A stretch of DNA of 64,000 nt from the sequence record OZ195934.1, one strand, 5' to 3'. Made by a program: the position numbers and the translations under genes. The first letter of the stretch is position 1, and every line of letters starts with the position of its first letter. The notes beneath the pieces were generated by a model. The model ran no database searches and was not told the origin of the DNA. It saw nothing but the letters and a program-made list of their open reading frames with translations. This document shows, in pieces, positions 62,216-64,000 of this stretch.

Positions 62216-62451
62216 TGTACGCTCTCAACCCTGACTTTATTAAACGTGCGATTCAACAAGGCGATGCATTCAAACGCGTCGCTGAGATAATCGGTCAAGC
62301 GCGTCACGATCACTCGCAACTGCAAAACTGTGTGATACTTGATACACGCGTTGTCGTTGTGCTGTTCGTTGCAGGTCATACTAAACGTGAGTTCGTTACG
62401 TACGAAGAGATCAGCGACTACATTCACGAACACGATGTTCAATTCACATAG
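62215..62451 (+). CDS. Hypothetical protein
   Basis: Start ATG 62215. Confidence 0.65.
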   Translation: MYALNPDFIKRAIQQGDAFKRVAEIIGQARHDHSQLQNCVILDTRVVVVLFVAGHTKREFVTYEEISDYIHEHDVQFT

Positions 62452-62459
62452 GCAATATC

Positions 62460-62720
62460 ATGACATTTGATCCTAAAATGAAATCAGCACGCATCATGCA
62501 AGAGTATGAACAACTCAAAGATGCTGTGACTCAATGCATTGACTTGCGTGATGATGAGTCTGTAACTCACGTTGAATACTGTAGACAAAGCAATGTGTTC
62601 ACTGCTGTTGTCGCTACTGATATGTGGCTCGACAATATACAAGTCGATGGCATTACTGTTGAAACTAAATTGAGAGAAATCGATGAGCTTGAACAAAACA
62701 TTCGCGAACAAAATCGCTAG
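62460..62720 (+). CDS. Hypothetical protein
   Basis: 86 aa. Confidence 0.7.
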   Translation: MTFDPKMKSARIMQEYEQLKDAVTQCIDLRDDESVTHVEYCRQSNVFTAVVATDMWLDNIQVDGITVETKLREIDELEQNIREQNR

Positions 62721-62877
62721 AAGCATCGTGCGTCTGTGTAATCTCAATGAACACGAACGCGTAACTGATATGAAACGTGATGAAGATATGATTATCGTCA
62801 CGACTAATCAACGCGATATCATTCTAGACGCTGACGAAATCGCTAAACTGTCTGCTGTAATTAAAGATTGGGAATAA
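62683..62877 (+). CDS. Hypothetical protein
   Basis: 64 aa, GAGA upstream, overlaps the previous gene. Confidence 0.55.
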   Translation: MSLNKTFANKIARSIVRLCNLNEHERVTDMKRDEDMIIVTTNQRDIILDADEIAKLSAVIKDWE

Positions 62878-62878
62878 C

Positions 62879-63175
62879 ATGAACGCACATGATACTGTTA
62901 AACATTACCAACGCATTAAACGAGCAATCGTTACCATCATCGATGAGAACTTCAAAGGCAACTTCACTATCATGGATGCTTTCTATGATGATGAACACAA
63001 GCATTGGGAAGTTAGCGTCTACGATAATGGCGAAACAGTTGAATACTTCATTACTTCGCATGAACTCGACTGCCGATTCGAATTCGAAGACATGAAACTG
63101 TCTGTTCCATTACCTGATGTGCTGTGCATGAACGACGACGTGCTCGACGAACTGAAGAGAAAGCTATGGACGTAA
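62879..63175 (+). CDS. Hypothetical protein
   Basis: 98 aa. Confidence 0.7.
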   Translation: MNAHDTVKHYQRIKRAIVTIIDENFKGNFTIMDAFYDDEHKHWEVSVYDNGETVEYFITSHELDCRFEFEDMKLSVPLPDVLCMNDDVLDELKRKLWT

Positions 63176-63390
63176 AAGAAACTGTCAATAGACACGCGTT
63201 CATCTTTAAGAAACTCGATGAACTGCTTGAACTAAGCGCGTGCCAATACACTGACCTTGTAGTATGGGATGATGAACGCGAACTGTTCGAAGTCTGCATC
63301 GTCACTGAATCAGAGAATGGCACTGAATATGATGACGTTGAAGTAACGCTCATCGCAATACAAAACTATATCGATAAGGAACTATCATGA
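63166..63390 (+). CDS. Acidic hypothetical protein
   Basis: Start ATG 63166. Confidence 0.65.
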   Translation: MDVKETVNRHAFIFKKLDELLELSACQYTDLVVWDDERELFEVCIVTESENGTEYDDVEVTLIAIQNYIDKELS

Positions 63391-63578
63391 ATAGCATGAG
63401 ACTAGCACTACCAACTTACCTGCAACATCTAACCGTTGTTGAGAACTCTATCACTGTTGATTCTGCACGCGATAAAGCATTGCTTGTTGAATGGCTGAAG
63501 TCAGCGAAAGCTAAGTTCACTATTGAACAAACAACTATCTCGCGCTGTGTCTATCACGTTAAACGTATCGAGGCGTAA
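63387..63578 (+). CDS. Hypothetical protein
   Basis: 63 aa, AAGGA RBS. Confidence 0.65.
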   Translation: MNSMRLALPTYLQHLTVVENSITVDSARDKALLVEWLKSAKAKFTIEQTTISRCVYHVKRIEA

Positions 63579-63579
63579 T

Positions 63580-63957
63580 ATGAGTCACACGATGAAAGCA
63601 ATGCTGCACACGCTTGAACAAACTGAAATGGCTATTGCACAAGAGTTTGATCTCGATGAACTGTGGCACGGACTGGTTGACTGCACTAACGATAACTTTG
63701 TGTTCTCTATCTGTACCGATGACGTGAAAGATGTCGAACAAGTGCTTGAACAAATACGTGAAGTAAGCTATCAGTTCGATACCATTGATGACCTCAACGA
63801 TGGCGATTGCTATGCCATTGAAGTATACGGCACTAGCGTATGGTTGAGCAAAGACAAACAGTATTGCTTAGTCGTTGGCTCTCAAAACAATCTCGACATG
63901 AACTTCTATCTGTTTGATATGAAGAACAATCGTAATAACGAATGGACTGACGAGTAA
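63580..63957 (+). CDS. Acidic hypothetical protein
   Basis: Start ATG 63580, GAGG RBS. Confidence 0.75.
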   Translation: MSHTMKAMLHTLEQTEMAIAQEFDLDELWHGLVDCTNDNFVFSICTDDVKDVEQVLEQIREVSYQFDTIDDLNDGDCYAIEVYGTSVWLSKDKQYCLVVGSQNNLDMNFYLFDMKNNRNNEWTDE

Positions 63958-64000
63958 TGCCGTACGCAATCATCTTGACTAATACTAATGGCGAAACATG
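63957..64000 (+). CDS. Truncated ORF start (runs off the window)
   Basis: ATG overlapping the previous stop; MPYAIILTNTNGET. Confidence 0.5.
   Translation, partial: MPYAIILTNTNGET

Noticed and set aside
51-63753. Many 60-150 aa alternative-frame and antisense ORFs in the track (e.g. 51-278, 8643-9086, 12774-13223, 18344-18706, 23250-23684, 52399-52785, 60344-60745)
   Set aside because: They are shadows of well-supported genes: no RBS or promoter, atypical composition, and the expected open antisense frame from RNY codon bias.

Overview
A 64-kb segment of a large T4-like (Straboviridae-type) myophage genome. Gene content and order most resemble KVP40/nt-1-type vibriophages; this is inferred from gene content, and no search was run. 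It carries T4 core genes (24, 55, 47, 46, 45.2, 45, 44, 62, regA, 43, rnlA, spanins, pseT, cd, 31, rnlB, rIIA, rIIB, dda). It also carries a 7-deazaguanine cluster (queD, folE, dpdA/TGT-like, queF, queC, free class II GATase; no queE seen here), NAD/ADP-ribose and RNA-repair enzymes, ArdA, DNA methyltransferases, a GIY-YIG homing endonuclease and many small early hypothetical genes. Almost all genes lie on the + strand; the four minus-strand genes each have their own late promoter. Most notable unexplained signals: (1) nine GTTTA(A/G)-N17-TAnnnT promoters sit in front of genes that are middle-mode in T4, and an early gene shows a possible remote resemblance to the MotA C-terminal domain; (2) about nine dispersed genes have T4 capsid-targeting-like N-termini and unusual enzymatic cargo; (3) a palindrome plus 6 x 9-bp iteron-like element occurs twice, 44 kb apart; (4) a three-way-junction RNA leader precedes a glycine-zipper gene; (5) a lipoprotein ends in a poly-lysine tail. 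No tRNA, rRNA, CRISPR array or intron was recognised. All family assignments come from motif recognition by eye.
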